A stretch of 61,215 nucleotides of DNA, counting the filler, from Sphacelaria rigidula (Eukaryota): NCBI GenBank assembly GCA_964200075.2. It is 9 parts of 9 records of this genome, joined end to end, with 100 filler letters (N's around TTAATTAATTAA, not from the genome) between each part and the next. Parts side by side here need not be neighbours in the genome. Positions count along the whole stretch, not along the records: positions 47,693 to 54,404 come from CAXNAA020018469.1; positions 54,505 to 61,215 come from CAXNAA020018470.1; 7 more parts are not named here. The stretch is one strand, 5' to 3'. The notes under the pieces were generated by a model, which did no database searches, had not been told where the DNA came from, and saw nothing but the letters and a program-made list of their open reading frames with translations. Below are positions 50,409-61,215 of this stretch, in pieces (position 1 is the stretch's first letter; each line of letters starts with the position of its first letter). The translations under genes were made by a program, and so were the position numbers.

Positions 50409-50988
50409 ACATGGGGGTGTACTCATGATCTCGCATGCCATGATCATATGACCGTCTACCTCGCATCCCTACAAAGCCGGGACGGAGCACGCCGGGTTTT
50501 CGCATGACCAGTCTCGCAATCAATCACCAAGCGCGAAGCGCCGTGGTGTCTTCGGCGCGTCGCACGACGGGTGAGCTGCATCCTGGCAAGATTGTTCGAC
50601 CCGAAGCGTACTGATTATCTTGCATTTGGATGACAGCCTCAAATGAGTTGCTTCATTTTCTAGAATCGCTACTTCCAGACACACCCGCGGCCTACACACA
50701 GTGCCCTGGGTGTTTCACCATCTGAGCACCACGTAGTACGATCATCTCCTTCGCGCGGAACTGAGGTTCTCCCACGCCGCACAATATGACCTAGCTCGAC
50801 CACCATCTTGGTTACCGCGAAAAAAAAACGCAAGCGCGCAAAAAAAATGGTACCCTGGTTGTCCAGCTTACGCAGTGAGTGGCGTGTTGTACAGAGTCAT
50901 CGCCGACCGACGACCCCATCGGGGGTCCGCCCCTACAAAGCCGGGATGGAGCACGCCGGGTTCTGGCCGGACCAGGCTTACATCGGGG
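50409..50988 (+). mobile_element. G-run element subfamily B, full copy
   Basis: Bounded by ACATGGGGG and ACATCGGGG; the opposite arm has a single ACATGGGGG (53404-53412, minus). Confidence 0.85.
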
Positions 50989-51332
50989 CTGGCATACTGT
51001 AATCCGTGAGCTGCAGCGCGTCTTGTGTGATGTCCGGTCGATGCGCACCGCACTGTGATGAGGAGGGGTGTTGCCTCCACATTTTCTACTCTGCGAAGAC
51101 CATCAGGAGATCTTGCCTGGCGCGAGATATGGTTTCATCGGGAGCAAGGTCGTTCTCGTAACATGGGAGCGTCTTGACCTTTGATTCGTGACCCACACCG
51201 TTGAGCGCTAATAAAAAAAGTCTTGTCTGAGATACGTTGGGTTTGCTTTCGAGGAGCGCACCTGAAAGAAGCCCATAGAATGCGTTATCACTGACTGTAG
51301 CAAAGTGATAATGTGGTTGGGAACAGGTACGA

Positions 51333-51690
51333 ATAGCTTTTGAAGTTCGGACCACTTTGATGGCCTCAAAACGGCTGTCAAAAGCCGAAAGGAAGCACTG
51401 TCGTCGGGGTCAGTCAGGTGTAATATAAAAATGCCACACTAGTTTCGAGCCCTGGGGAAAATCGCCAAGAACAAGCAGTTTTCTGTAAACGAAATTTCCA
51501 TTTTCACACCTGCGAAGCGTTTCCAGCAACGAACTTTCCATTCCGAGGTGCACTTCACTGGTTCTTCATGCTCATTACTATATACAAACTCCACAGATGC
51601 TTGACATCCGACGGAAGCCGAGGACAGCGCTTTCTGCCAGCTTTGACAACCGTTTCGAGGCTATCAAGTCAGTTCAATTTTAGAAGCTAT
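51333..51690. repeat. Nested inverted repeat (arms about 85 bp)
   Basis: TTGATGGCCTCAAAACGGCTGTCAAAAGC versus GCTTTGACAACCGTTTCGAGGCTATCAA. Confidence 0.7.
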
Positions 51691-51901
51691 CACACGTCGG
51701 ACGGATCACTTTCTATAGGATGCGGGTCATACAGCTCAAGCGTGAACAAACATGTGTACCCGATTCGGGTGATACAGTTCAACTAGTTATGGAACGGTCC
51801 TCGTGATCCGGATCTCATCGATCAAGAGGGAGGTATCTTGTACGGGTTATGAGGATACACAGGTTCTTCTTGACGTTTCGTGTACACCTGATTCGGATTA
51901 C

Positions 51902-52115
51902 ATAGGTGTGCCCAAGGAGATCATGTACGGATACTCGAGTCATACAGATCATCATCAGACAGACATGTACGGATCGTTCGGGTAGTGCAGGTCATCATCA
52001 GACAGACATGTGCGAATCGCACGGGTAGTATAGGTCATCATCAGACAGACATGTACGAATCGCTCGGGCCACACAGGTCATCATGGGACAGATACGTGCT
52101 AGTCACACGGGTTGG
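51902..52115. repeat. 43-bp tandem repeat, 4-5 copies
   Basis: CAGGTCATCATCAGACAGACATGT at 51945, 51988, 52031 and 52074. Confidence 0.9.
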
Positions 52116-52722
52116 CAGGAGAGGAATACTGAATACTGTTTATTGTGTACTTCATTCGGATGCGCTGACAGAGCACATCTTCAGAAAAAATATGCAGCCC
52201 TACCGTGGAACCACCCAGAATATAATATGCGTACTTCATGTCCAATATGCCTGGGTTGCTACAGCCAACACACGGACTTGTGAACATGCACATTGTGTGA
52301 GGACCAGGTAATCAGGTGAGAATTACTGAATACTGTTTATTGTATACTTCATTCGGATATAAAATATATGCAAGAACCACTCGGAATAAAATATACGTAC
52401 TTCATGTTCCATATGCCCGGGCTGCTACAGCCAACGTCTGGACTTGTGAATATGCACGATAGGCCCGGGCCATACGGGTTAACAGGTGAGGGTTACTGAA
52501 TACTGTTTGATGTATACTTCATTCGGATGCGCCGACAGTGCACATCTTCGGAAAAAGATATGCAAGAACCACTCGGAATAAAATATACGTAATTCATATT
52601 TCATATGCCCGGGCTGCTACAGCCAACGTCCGGACTTGTAAACATGCACTGTTGTACCCGGGCCATACACGTTAACAAGTGAGGGAGCTGAATACTGTTT
52701 TCTTGCATACTTGATCCGGATC
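52115..52722. repeat. 170-197-bp tandem repeat, about 3.2 copies
   Basis: CTGAATACTGTTT at about 52129, 52326, 52496 and 52688; GCTACAGCCAAC...GGACTTGT three times. Confidence 0.9.
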
Positions 52723-54504
52723 TTACGAGTGCGGGAAAGGGTTCCTTGTACGCTCGATTCGGATTCCATAGGAAAGGGGTAACTTTTGGTGTACATGAGA
52801 TTCGAATCGCACGGGTCGACGACAAGCTACTGCGCTTGCCTGACCCGAGTGATAACTATGTGATGTTGTACAGATGACACGGGTCTGCAGACCAGTTGTA
52901 CACAAGAGTGTGTGTGTAAACCAGGTCGTACAGCTCGTCGCTCGGCAAACATGTACGAGTCACGCGGGTCCTACGGATCAGCATCGGAGAAACGTGTACG
53001 GGTGACAGCTCACCTCGGACGGATCATGATCTATGCCCAAAATGAGCTGACCCGGATGGATCTATCACGAGCTGATCCGTCCGACGTGTGGAAGCTATCC
53101 ATATCTATTCCCAGACACAGAATCACTTCGCTACAGTCAGTGACAACGGATTGTCAGGGCTTTTTTCGGCCGTGCTCCTTGAAAGCTTTCTTGGTCAGCG
53201 CTCGACGGCGTGGTTCGCAAATGAAACGACAAGTAGTTCATACATTACGAGAATGCTCTTGCTCCCGGTGGAACCTCGTCTCTCGTCAGGCAAAATCTTG
53301 TGATGACCTCCGCAGAATAAAGAATTGAAGACACGACCCAACACCGGGTGCATCGACGAGCACCACACGAGACGCGCTGCGGCTCACAAATACAGTATGC
53401 CAGCCCCCATGTGGACCACGCCAGCAGCAGCGAAGTCACCACCAGAGGTATCTTGTGTCACTCTGCATGCCAAGAAGGACCCCACGAGTGTTTGGTCTTC
53501 ACCATGTCCCCTCAGCTCGGATGTGTACGACTGTCCTTGTACCAAACGAAGGCAGAATCAACGATAGCACCCCCCCAAACGCGATTGGACCTTCGCGGAA
53601 CGGTCAATGCTCACGCGTGTGGATATGAGAAGGGGATAGCGGTGACTGGAACACCGCTTTGCAATTCCCCGATATGTTCTGCAGCCCACAGAGGCATGTC
53701 CTGCCCTAAAAGAGAGGCAAAAATAAGTCGATATTTGGCACTGCTCAGCGCCACAGGCAAGACACGAATGCATTTGTCAAGATGCGGCAACCCAATCTTG
53801 TTTTATGCACTGTGGAACCAATCGCCTGCCGCTCCTGTGCCGTTGAAAGGGCTGGCAAATTGGGTATGCGGTGGTAACGGGATGCCAATCTCTCCGGAGT
53901 TGGAAATCGTCGGACACGGACACATAAATGACACAGGTAAAAGGCTTCCTCCTGCGGTTGCTCTGCCGGCGGCATCGTGATCGACACACGTGCCCTGCTC
54001 ATTGTCCATACCAAATTTCAGGATCCAACTCCAACTATTGGCCGTATAATGGGCCGTTTAGTGACAGAGTCAGAAGAAATTCGGAACAGTATNNNNNNNN
54101 NNGGCTAGGGTATAACCAACAGAACAAAGTGGGTCAGGCTGATTTTTTTCAATTTTTTCCACTGGTTTAGGGCGTTCTACTATGGTAAAGACCGTATTTC
54201 ACGAGAACCATCTAACCTCAATGAAAAAAAAAAAAATGGATGGCCCAATTTTTTTTTATTCGGCTCTCTTTTGTGGTTCTCCATACCAAAATTCGTCGCC
54301 ATTCGCTAAATGCATCGATCGGGGGTTTCATAGAGATTTTAGTATTGGCGCTATCTCCCTTAGGTATAGGAATTACTAGACATGGGTTTAATCAACGAGA
54401 AAATNNNNNNNNNNNNNNNNNNNNNNNNNNNNNNNNNNNNNNNNNNNNTTAATTAATTAANNNNNNNNNNNNNNNNNNNNNNNNNNNNNNNNNNNNNNNN
54501 NNNN

Positions 54505-54580
54505 GGGGGGAGCGTACTGATTTGTTGCTTGCCTTAGTCGTTTGACCGTTGACCACGCATCCCTTTCGAGACGGGGGGGG
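54505..54580 (+). mobile_element. G-run element subfamily A, left end
   Basis: GTACTGATTTGTTGCTTGCCTTAGTCGTTTGACC. Confidence 0.8.
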
Positions 54581-56029
54581 GGTTCATCGTTCTGTCGCGT
54601 TGAGCGTGGTTTTGTTCCGGGGGTACCCGTTGATGAGAATAGACGGCGTCAACGCTTGTCGTTCGCAACCGATGGTAGCACCGTGCGTGGAACACCTGCT
54701 CGCATTCTCAAGTTCGATGGAAGACAATGCGCCATTCTTTGCGCCAGAGGGAAGGGTTCGAAGGGGAGTATCCTAGTCGTTCCCGTGCCGGAATCTTGAG
54801 GGCAATGGCCTATCCATGTTGCGTTGCAACCGCCTTTTTGATTGAGAGGGGAAACATAAACCCGCAGCTGATCGATACCAAGACACGAATGGTGCCCGTC
54901 TTAGTCGTGCCTGACGAACACTTCCCCCCCCCACCCTGTCGGGCATGATCGAGGTCTGGTTCCTCGCGCTGGTGCAGCCCGAGGGGGGGGGGTTAGCGCA
55001 GGACATGGGATCCGTGCTCTGCCACATTTTTCCCTGTGGTGTAGAGTAACAAGAGTGCTCACCCGACTTACTTCTCTCGATTCTTGGACGTACTGAATAT
55101 GACGCGTTACGGGTCCACCTCCACAGGTTACTTCTTCCGAATAAGAGCTTGTCCTCGGTACTTCTACTACAAGCAGTTCGCAAGTCGGGTTGCCCACTTG
55201 AACCTCATCTCGGAGTTAAGGCTCAATTCGCACAATTTGCTGTTAACTCTCTCCTTACACCGAGACGCGCTGTACCACCTTACAACGACAATGACCACAA
55301 CGCCTCTTCCTCACGCAGGTCTCACCACGTGGTTGAAGTCCTTAGACTCCTCTTCCTGACCGTACCTGGCCAAGCGTGGAACAAGCAACTCTCGCTGGCT
55401 CCACTAGGCAGTACGGTAATTGCGCCGCTTTTTTTGGAACGCGCACGGGCTCGCCAGCTGTCGAAGAACCCCCCGCGCCTCTCGCACAAGCGATACAACA
55501 GCCCACCCTAGCACTGCCTCAGACCCTCCTCGGCTCTACTTCTCCAACTCCTCGCGACGTTAACACGCCTTGAGCTGGTCTCGTTTGCTTCAAACTGATC
55601 AGGCTTGCAGACTTCCCTATCTTAAAATGTCAGCTGCTTTTCAGCGAAAGTACCGCCTCAGCGGACTCAATGAACGTTCATTATAGACTTCTATCACTCA
55701 AGATCAGATTGCCATGTGGACTCCTCCCATCACGGGCACATGGACTTCAGAAGCTTTAGTTATTTATGTGTTAACCCTCAGCATAGTACAGGAGAAGATG
55801 GCCATAGCCCCTCTCCCCGAGAGTGGCAAAACCAAGCCTACTCACCATGGAGGTCACCATCACAGAGTCCGGCAATCAGACCCGCAACTCCACCTACATT
55901 GTCCCTGACCATAGGTAACAATGGTGGCTAGGTCTACAGTCCCGAGCATTTTGAACAAAATAAATGGAATTTCGATGGTCAGCTGAACCTAATAAAACTA
56001 TTTAACCATAATACCGATCGATTCCAGGC

Positions 56030-56779
56030 TGTTCTATCCTGTAGTTGAGGACCGATCGCGGCTGTTTCTACCGCGGCGCTGACGAAGCCGCTGAGCGTGA
56101 TCGTTTGCCCGACTAAGCGCAGCTTCCACTCTAGGGTGCTGTCGTCTTCCCAAGCTATGTCACGGTAGCTGGGGTAGTTGTGAATGGACGGACAAGCGGG
56201 CGCAGCTAGGGAGGTGTTGGTTTCCGTCGCGGTGTACAGAGCTACTGACAGATCTTAAATGTGGTAGGTAAGAGCTTTGCTCGTCAGGAACGGGATCCAC
56301 GGTGCCGTTGGCGAGGGGCGGAACCCTTTTCCTGCGGCGAAATCTAGGATACTGTTATTGTACCGAAAATAATCTGCACCAAAAATGAAGCCGTACGGCA
56401 GACCCTGCACTACTCGCACTGGTACATTACGGACCCGTGAGTCGGAGGTCAAAAGCAAGGGCACAGTTACGGAACCGATTGTGCATTGAGGGAACCTTAC
56501 TCTGGGATGGGTTAGCTGCACAGAGAACACCTGCCGCCTCAGGGTTTGGCGTATCGCCCAGGATGTTTGCCTTGTGTAAGCTGCGCCATAACGCTCCTGA
56601 CATATAGTGGCCACCTCCCGCTCCCGTGTCCAGCCAGACTTCTATCGGCCACGGCCGACGGAGACGCCGTCGGTGTCATATCTCGCCCGCACCCAAAGTT
56701 GGCTTCCTCGACGCTGGGATATTGTCGTGGCGCTGGGTCGGCGAAGGTTCCCCAGGTCAATTGCACCTGGGGCGCGTCT
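56030..56779 (-). pseudogene. Retropepsin protease and start of pol of retrotransposon R2 (frameshifted, truncated)
   Basis: QLWVRAR, WLDTGAGGGHY (D codon 56628-56630), VVQGLPYGFIFGADYF. Confidence 0.85.
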
Positions 56780-59057
56780 TCACGCATCGGGTCGTGTGTC
56801 GCCAGCGGCGGCATCGCTTACGGATGCGCTCAGCATATCCTCGCCGTCGTCGTCGTCGCCTTCGCCGATGAGATCCCGGTCGATTGCCGCCAAGTATTGT
56901 GCCTCCGTAACCACGGCTAGCCGGCGCTGGGGAATGGCCGTCTTGCGGCGGGCCGGTAGGCCACTGTAGTGTGCGACGGAGATGATACCGCGCGCCCAGG
57001 GACAGGGGATGTTGCCCCGGTGACGGCACGAGCCGGTGAATGCGTGGCCGAAGCAGATTTTACGATCACGTAAGAAGGTTACCACTGCGTCGCGTCCCGC
57101 CGAAATCGGCGGTGCGGACAGTTCGAGAGTCGAGGCCGGACCGACTGGCTGGGCGGATGTGGCGGGTGTCGGTGGCGGCGAAGCGCTCCCAGACGGCGTT
57201 GCCGGGGGTTCGTGCTGCATATCTGCCGCGCGGGGTACGACGGCATGACCCGGAGTCGTGGCGCGAGGACCGGGATTGACGGGTGTCGAACTTTGCTGCA
57301 TGAAGGGCACGCCACATGAGCACGGTGAGACCGCCAGGTGGTTGTTAAACGCCGCGACGGAAGGTGCTGCCGAGTAGTGGCCGGCTAACGCCTGAGGGCT
57401 AGAGGACGCAGCAGGGGCTGACAGGGCGGGCGGAACTTCGGGGAAAAGAGATGGCCCCGGGTTAGTTTGATGGAGCATTGCGGCGACCTCCGGGGGCGAC
57501 TGTAGCAAGTTCCTTACTTCCTCAAGTGAAAATAATCTGTCAGGTCCCGCGCCGCGGTTGCTAGTACGCGGTTGGGGGCGGGCGTGACTGTCGTCGCTGT
57601 ATACCACGTTGCGGGCGCACACGATACGTGTGAAATCCTCGTAAAGACTCTCGGCTACGTCCCCCCTTCTTTGCATTGCTAACCCCAAAGGATTGTGCCA
57701 CTCGCAGTTCAGAGGCTGCAGCCTGGCCCAGATTGCGTGTGTCTTTTCGTGGAGGATCGACTGTAGATCTAGCCTATCAACCGGGTTAGGCAGAATGACT
57801 CGAATAATACGGTCGTAAAGCTCGCTTAGCTGCTGGGCGGTGACAAATCGCCAGAAATACGTGGCTTCGATACTGTATGGTCGGTCTGGGATAGCCAAAC
57901 TTGCGCGAAATGCTAGCAACACCCGTTGCGCCCCCGCACTCCACGACTCGTTGGGACCTAAGGTGATGGCGCCTAGTGCAGCGTGTATAAACTTAGTAGC
58001 TCCGTTCGTCATCACTTCTTCACGGACGAGGATCCGTAGCCAGTCGGTCATAGTAACGGATTCATGTGGGACGGTATTGGTTTCGCCCGTGTTACGGTAG
58101 ACGTCTACTCGATCCGCTGCGGTTAGGGACGTGAATGTACCGCTGGTTTCTGCCAGCAACTCGATCAGGAGGTCGCGCCGGCGGGCGGAGTACTGATTTG
58201 TTTGTGTTACCCACTTACCGTTGACGTATTCATCTTCCGGCATTTTCAAAACTTGTTGGTCCATGGCACGCAGCGTCGACCATATTTGGTGTTGCAGCAC
58301 AACAGCGATGTTGACAACCGATAGTTCCCCTGCACTTGGTCTTGCGTACACTGGGCATGGGCGACCACGCGTAATACGCCTACGTACCCGTTCGCTTACC
58401 TTCGCCAACTGGTTGGATTCCAGACCTTGGACCGCAGCTCCAGCTGCTGCTCATGGTGGATCACAACCCCAGCGCCTTAGCCAACCGGCATTCGGCTGCT
58501 GCTGGTACGCCCTGTGCTCATCCCGGTGGAGAGCGACGTTCCCGGGATCCCCACCTAATAGCATAGTTTTGACGCCTGCTGCGGGAGGGCGAGCGAGAGC
58601 TTCGGCGGTAGCGGCGGCGGCGAGAGCGGGAGCGGGAGCGGGAGCGGGAGCGATGGCGGCGGGGGCGAGAGCGAGAACGGCGCTCTGCCCGTGAACGGGA
58701 GCGAGAGCAATGGCGGCTCCGAGAGCGGGAAGTCGAGAGTCTGGTGTCCCCGTTATCCTGCCTGTGGTGCGTCGATGGGGAGCGACGGACGAGATCCTCG
58801 TGGCTTCTGTGGTGCGCGGTGTGGGGGGGGGGCGCCCGGGGGTCGAGGTCCCCGGCAGCACCACCGCCACTGCCGCTCCCCTGGATTTCGGGGGGCACGC
58901 CGCTGCGTAGGTGATACAGGTGACGGGGCGCAACAGCCCCTAGATCACCGGCTTGATCTGCTGATGGGCGGTTGGGGTCGCTGCCCTGCGGATTGTTTGC
59001 AGAGGCGGCGTTGGTGCTGCCGTCGTGGTTATCGTGGTGGCTGTTGGGGGCGGACAT
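56780..59057 (-). pseudogene. gag of LTR retrotransposon R2 (RS/AP-rich N-terminus disrupted; 542-aa open C-terminal part)
   Basis: Homology to R1 gag; ICFGHAFTGSCRHRGNIPCPWAR finger; followed by the protease. Confidence 0.8.
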
Positions 59058-59436
59058 CTCTATCAATCGTCGAAGAGCGGCATGCAAGAACGGGCGAAGG
59101 TAGCTGAACATGCGTAAGTTGTGCGGAAAAAATAACAAGAATGGTAAAGAGACACGCATGGGTGTTCGAACATGCGAGATAGCGATAAGGGAGGAGGTCC
59201 CGGTCATCGACACGGTATGGTGCGACACCGACGACCATGATATGAGTCGTGGTATTGCGCAGGTGCGTACGGGACGGGCAAACTCGAACAGCGGAAGCGG
59301 CAGGGGCGGACGGGAGAACGTACTGTTAGTGGGAGATCAAGGCAGGAGCCCCGCACATCATCACTTATACAATCGGTGTATCTACTGCTGCCGAGCAACG
59401 GCACTGGTTGCCCCCAATTTCCCGGCGTGAAGAAAC

Positions 59437-59530
59437 CCATGTAGTGACGGTCCTCTAAAGTGATGGTGCCATGTAGTGAAGTGACGGTCCCATGTAGTGA
59501 AGTGAAGGTCCCATGTAGTGAAGTGACGAT
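59437..59530. repeat. 21-bp tandem repeat (CCATGTAGTGAAGTGACGGTC) at the probable LTR/PBS junction of R2
   Basis: Three to four copies; the minus strand reads ...CACTACA-TGGG. Confidence 0.75.
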
Positions 59531-59759
59531 ATGATGTGTCTTAATGTAGGCCGATTAGAAGATCCCAATGTAGTGGCGACACAATGACAATGCAGTGGCG
59601 GCATGCTGTGGCGGGGAGCGGAAGCGAATCCATACGACTTGACCCGCGCAATGACTTTTCACAATGCCGCATGTCGATCAATCATACTAGGGGCGATTCG
59701 TCATTTGCCGGGCGTTGAACAAGTTCCGCCCGCAGGATGACTCCAGCATAGATGCCCCG

Positions 59760-60960
59760 TGTGTTGGTCAGAAATTCATTCGGACTCACACAGAATGATC
59801 CGAGCGACTGCTCGAGCAGTCCTGTTTGGTACAAAGGTGCACAGTGCAAGCACGCTGACACAGCATAAAGTACAGTGGAATCACCATGCGATCACCTACC
59901 TGGCTGATATGGCGCAAACACCGTGCAAACATGTACCTGGCTAACGTGGTAGGTACCGTTGCACCCGATCTAATGGGAGCGTGACATGAAAGACACCCAT
60001 GAACCGTGCAAATTGCACTCGGGGTGCGGTCTCCCCATATCTGACTGTTCGTAAGCAATCGACAGCCTGTATGTATACCTCCAGGTGGATTTCACCCCCA
60101 ACTGTTGGCTATGTGCACTCCGCGCACGCATGTTTGCCAGTTACCGTCTCGGGCCACTTTACCTCACTCTCTAGTAGTGCGACAACAGCACTGACCTGCA
60201 GCCTACAAAGCACTGAGTACACAATGCGCACGTCGTACAGTACAGTAACATCCCGATCTCTTATAAAAAATGTGTACTGCTCTAAGACGCGTGAACAGAA
60301 TTTTCAAAATTCGCTCGTTTTTCAGCTCAAGCGGGTGCACAGGCGAACGCATGCTGTCTGCAGCATTCTGTCGTAGCGATGGTGTGCGTGGGTTACCACG
60401 CCGTGAGCATGCAGGGCCGTGTATGAGGGTGCGCGACAGGATGTACTTACAGTGCCACTTTGGCGTGGGAACTATCAAAGCACAAGACAGCTGCGATATG
60501 GCCGGCTCGATGATTGCTTCTAGAAACGAAACGGCATGGCATTTTGTTTGGCCCGAAAGACACTGAACTGGCCGGTGCTTGGCCGACTCCAAGCTCGAAC
60601 AGAAAGACTGATTCTACACTGCATGCAAACACAACGCAAAACAGGGCAGCTCTACAGTGATGCGACTAAGCAGTACTGGTTATCTTCTCGATTGGTCACC
60701 ATGTCGTGGTCTGATCACGAGGTGCTACTGGCGTCTCTCTCACAGAACATACTCGTTCAGGGATGACCCCGAGGTCAGCGGCTGACCAGGGTGAATAATT
60801 GCAGTCGAGAGGAAACACCCTTGAACTCGTGAGAAACATACCCTAGAGTCCGTCCAGCACTGCTTCATAAGGCCAAGCAGGGACTCACTTTCACGTGCAG
60901 AAGAGGTGCTCTTGACTTGCTTGCAAGCAGGATGTCTCCAAGTATGACTGATAGCTGTTG
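59760..60960 (-). mobile_element. Very decayed copia RT/RNase H remnant
   Basis: Fragments ILGDILLAS, ADLG, PYRS, RILKIL, VIAW, AVARIILCESE occur in copia order across frames. Confidence 0.35.
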
Positions 60961-61215
60961 TTATGCAGTTCGCTTACGGTTGCTACACACGACTGACCAG
61001 GCGGGGGAGATACTGCAAACCCGCCTGGAATGTAACCACACTAACGTACAGCTGGAATACGACATATCGCCCATGACAGCTTCTACGATAGCCCCCCCCC
61101 GAAAAGTGTATGGTTTTGGGAGGCAAAATCTTCACGTAAATCGAAATGACAAAAGTCGAGCTCAACGAAAAGCTGGGAATTCCCACGCTGGTGTTCGTTC
61201 TAGCCAATGTCGCCG

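Larger units (their letters stand above)
49840..53980. mobile_element. About 4.1-kb foldback element with diverged inverted arms of about 900 bp and internal tandem repeats
   Basis: 49840-50417 plus 50980-51340 plus 51690-51710 align with the reverse complement of 53070-53980. Confidence 0.8.

Noticed and set aside
51902..52722. CRISPR-like array
   Set aside because: The would-be spacers resemble each other and no cas genes are present; these are ordinary tandem repeats in a eukaryotic TE
54580..56000. RT/integrase continuation of R2
   Set aside because: No RT, RNase H or integrase motifs found in either orientation; left unassigned

Overview
Eukaryotic, repeat-rich DNA, most likely from a brown alga or another photosynthetic stramenopile. 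The evidence is short GT-AG exons in long TE-filled introns, an ASAFAP-like bipartite plastid presequence, TTAGGG repeats and (CAA)n tracts. The window is not one locus. It is nine unplaced contigs of 6714, 6714, 6714, 6713, 6713, 6712, 6712, 6712 and 6711 bp, sorted by length and joined by 100-bp N44-TTAATTAATTAA-N44 linkers, so adjacency across linkers is meaningless. Host gene pieces are exon 1 of RNA polymerase III subunit C11 head-to-head with a plastid-targeted protein, three spliceable exons of a possible polysaccharide (alginate) lyase, a NEPRO/DUF4477-like exon and a few unknown exons. The rest is decayed copia, gypsy and LINE sequence, many MITE/foldback families and an organellar LSU rRNA fragment. 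Two observations stand out. (1) Two divergent LTR retrotransposons with a CCCH-finger Gag share an in-frame UGA between gag and protease, followed by a 7-nt spacer and a covarying 8-bp stem-loop, which is a candidate readthrough signal. (2) A high-copy element without TIRs has directly repeated subterminal hairpins, head-to-tail junctions and a CA(N)GGGG target. All calls were made by eye, with no database searches.
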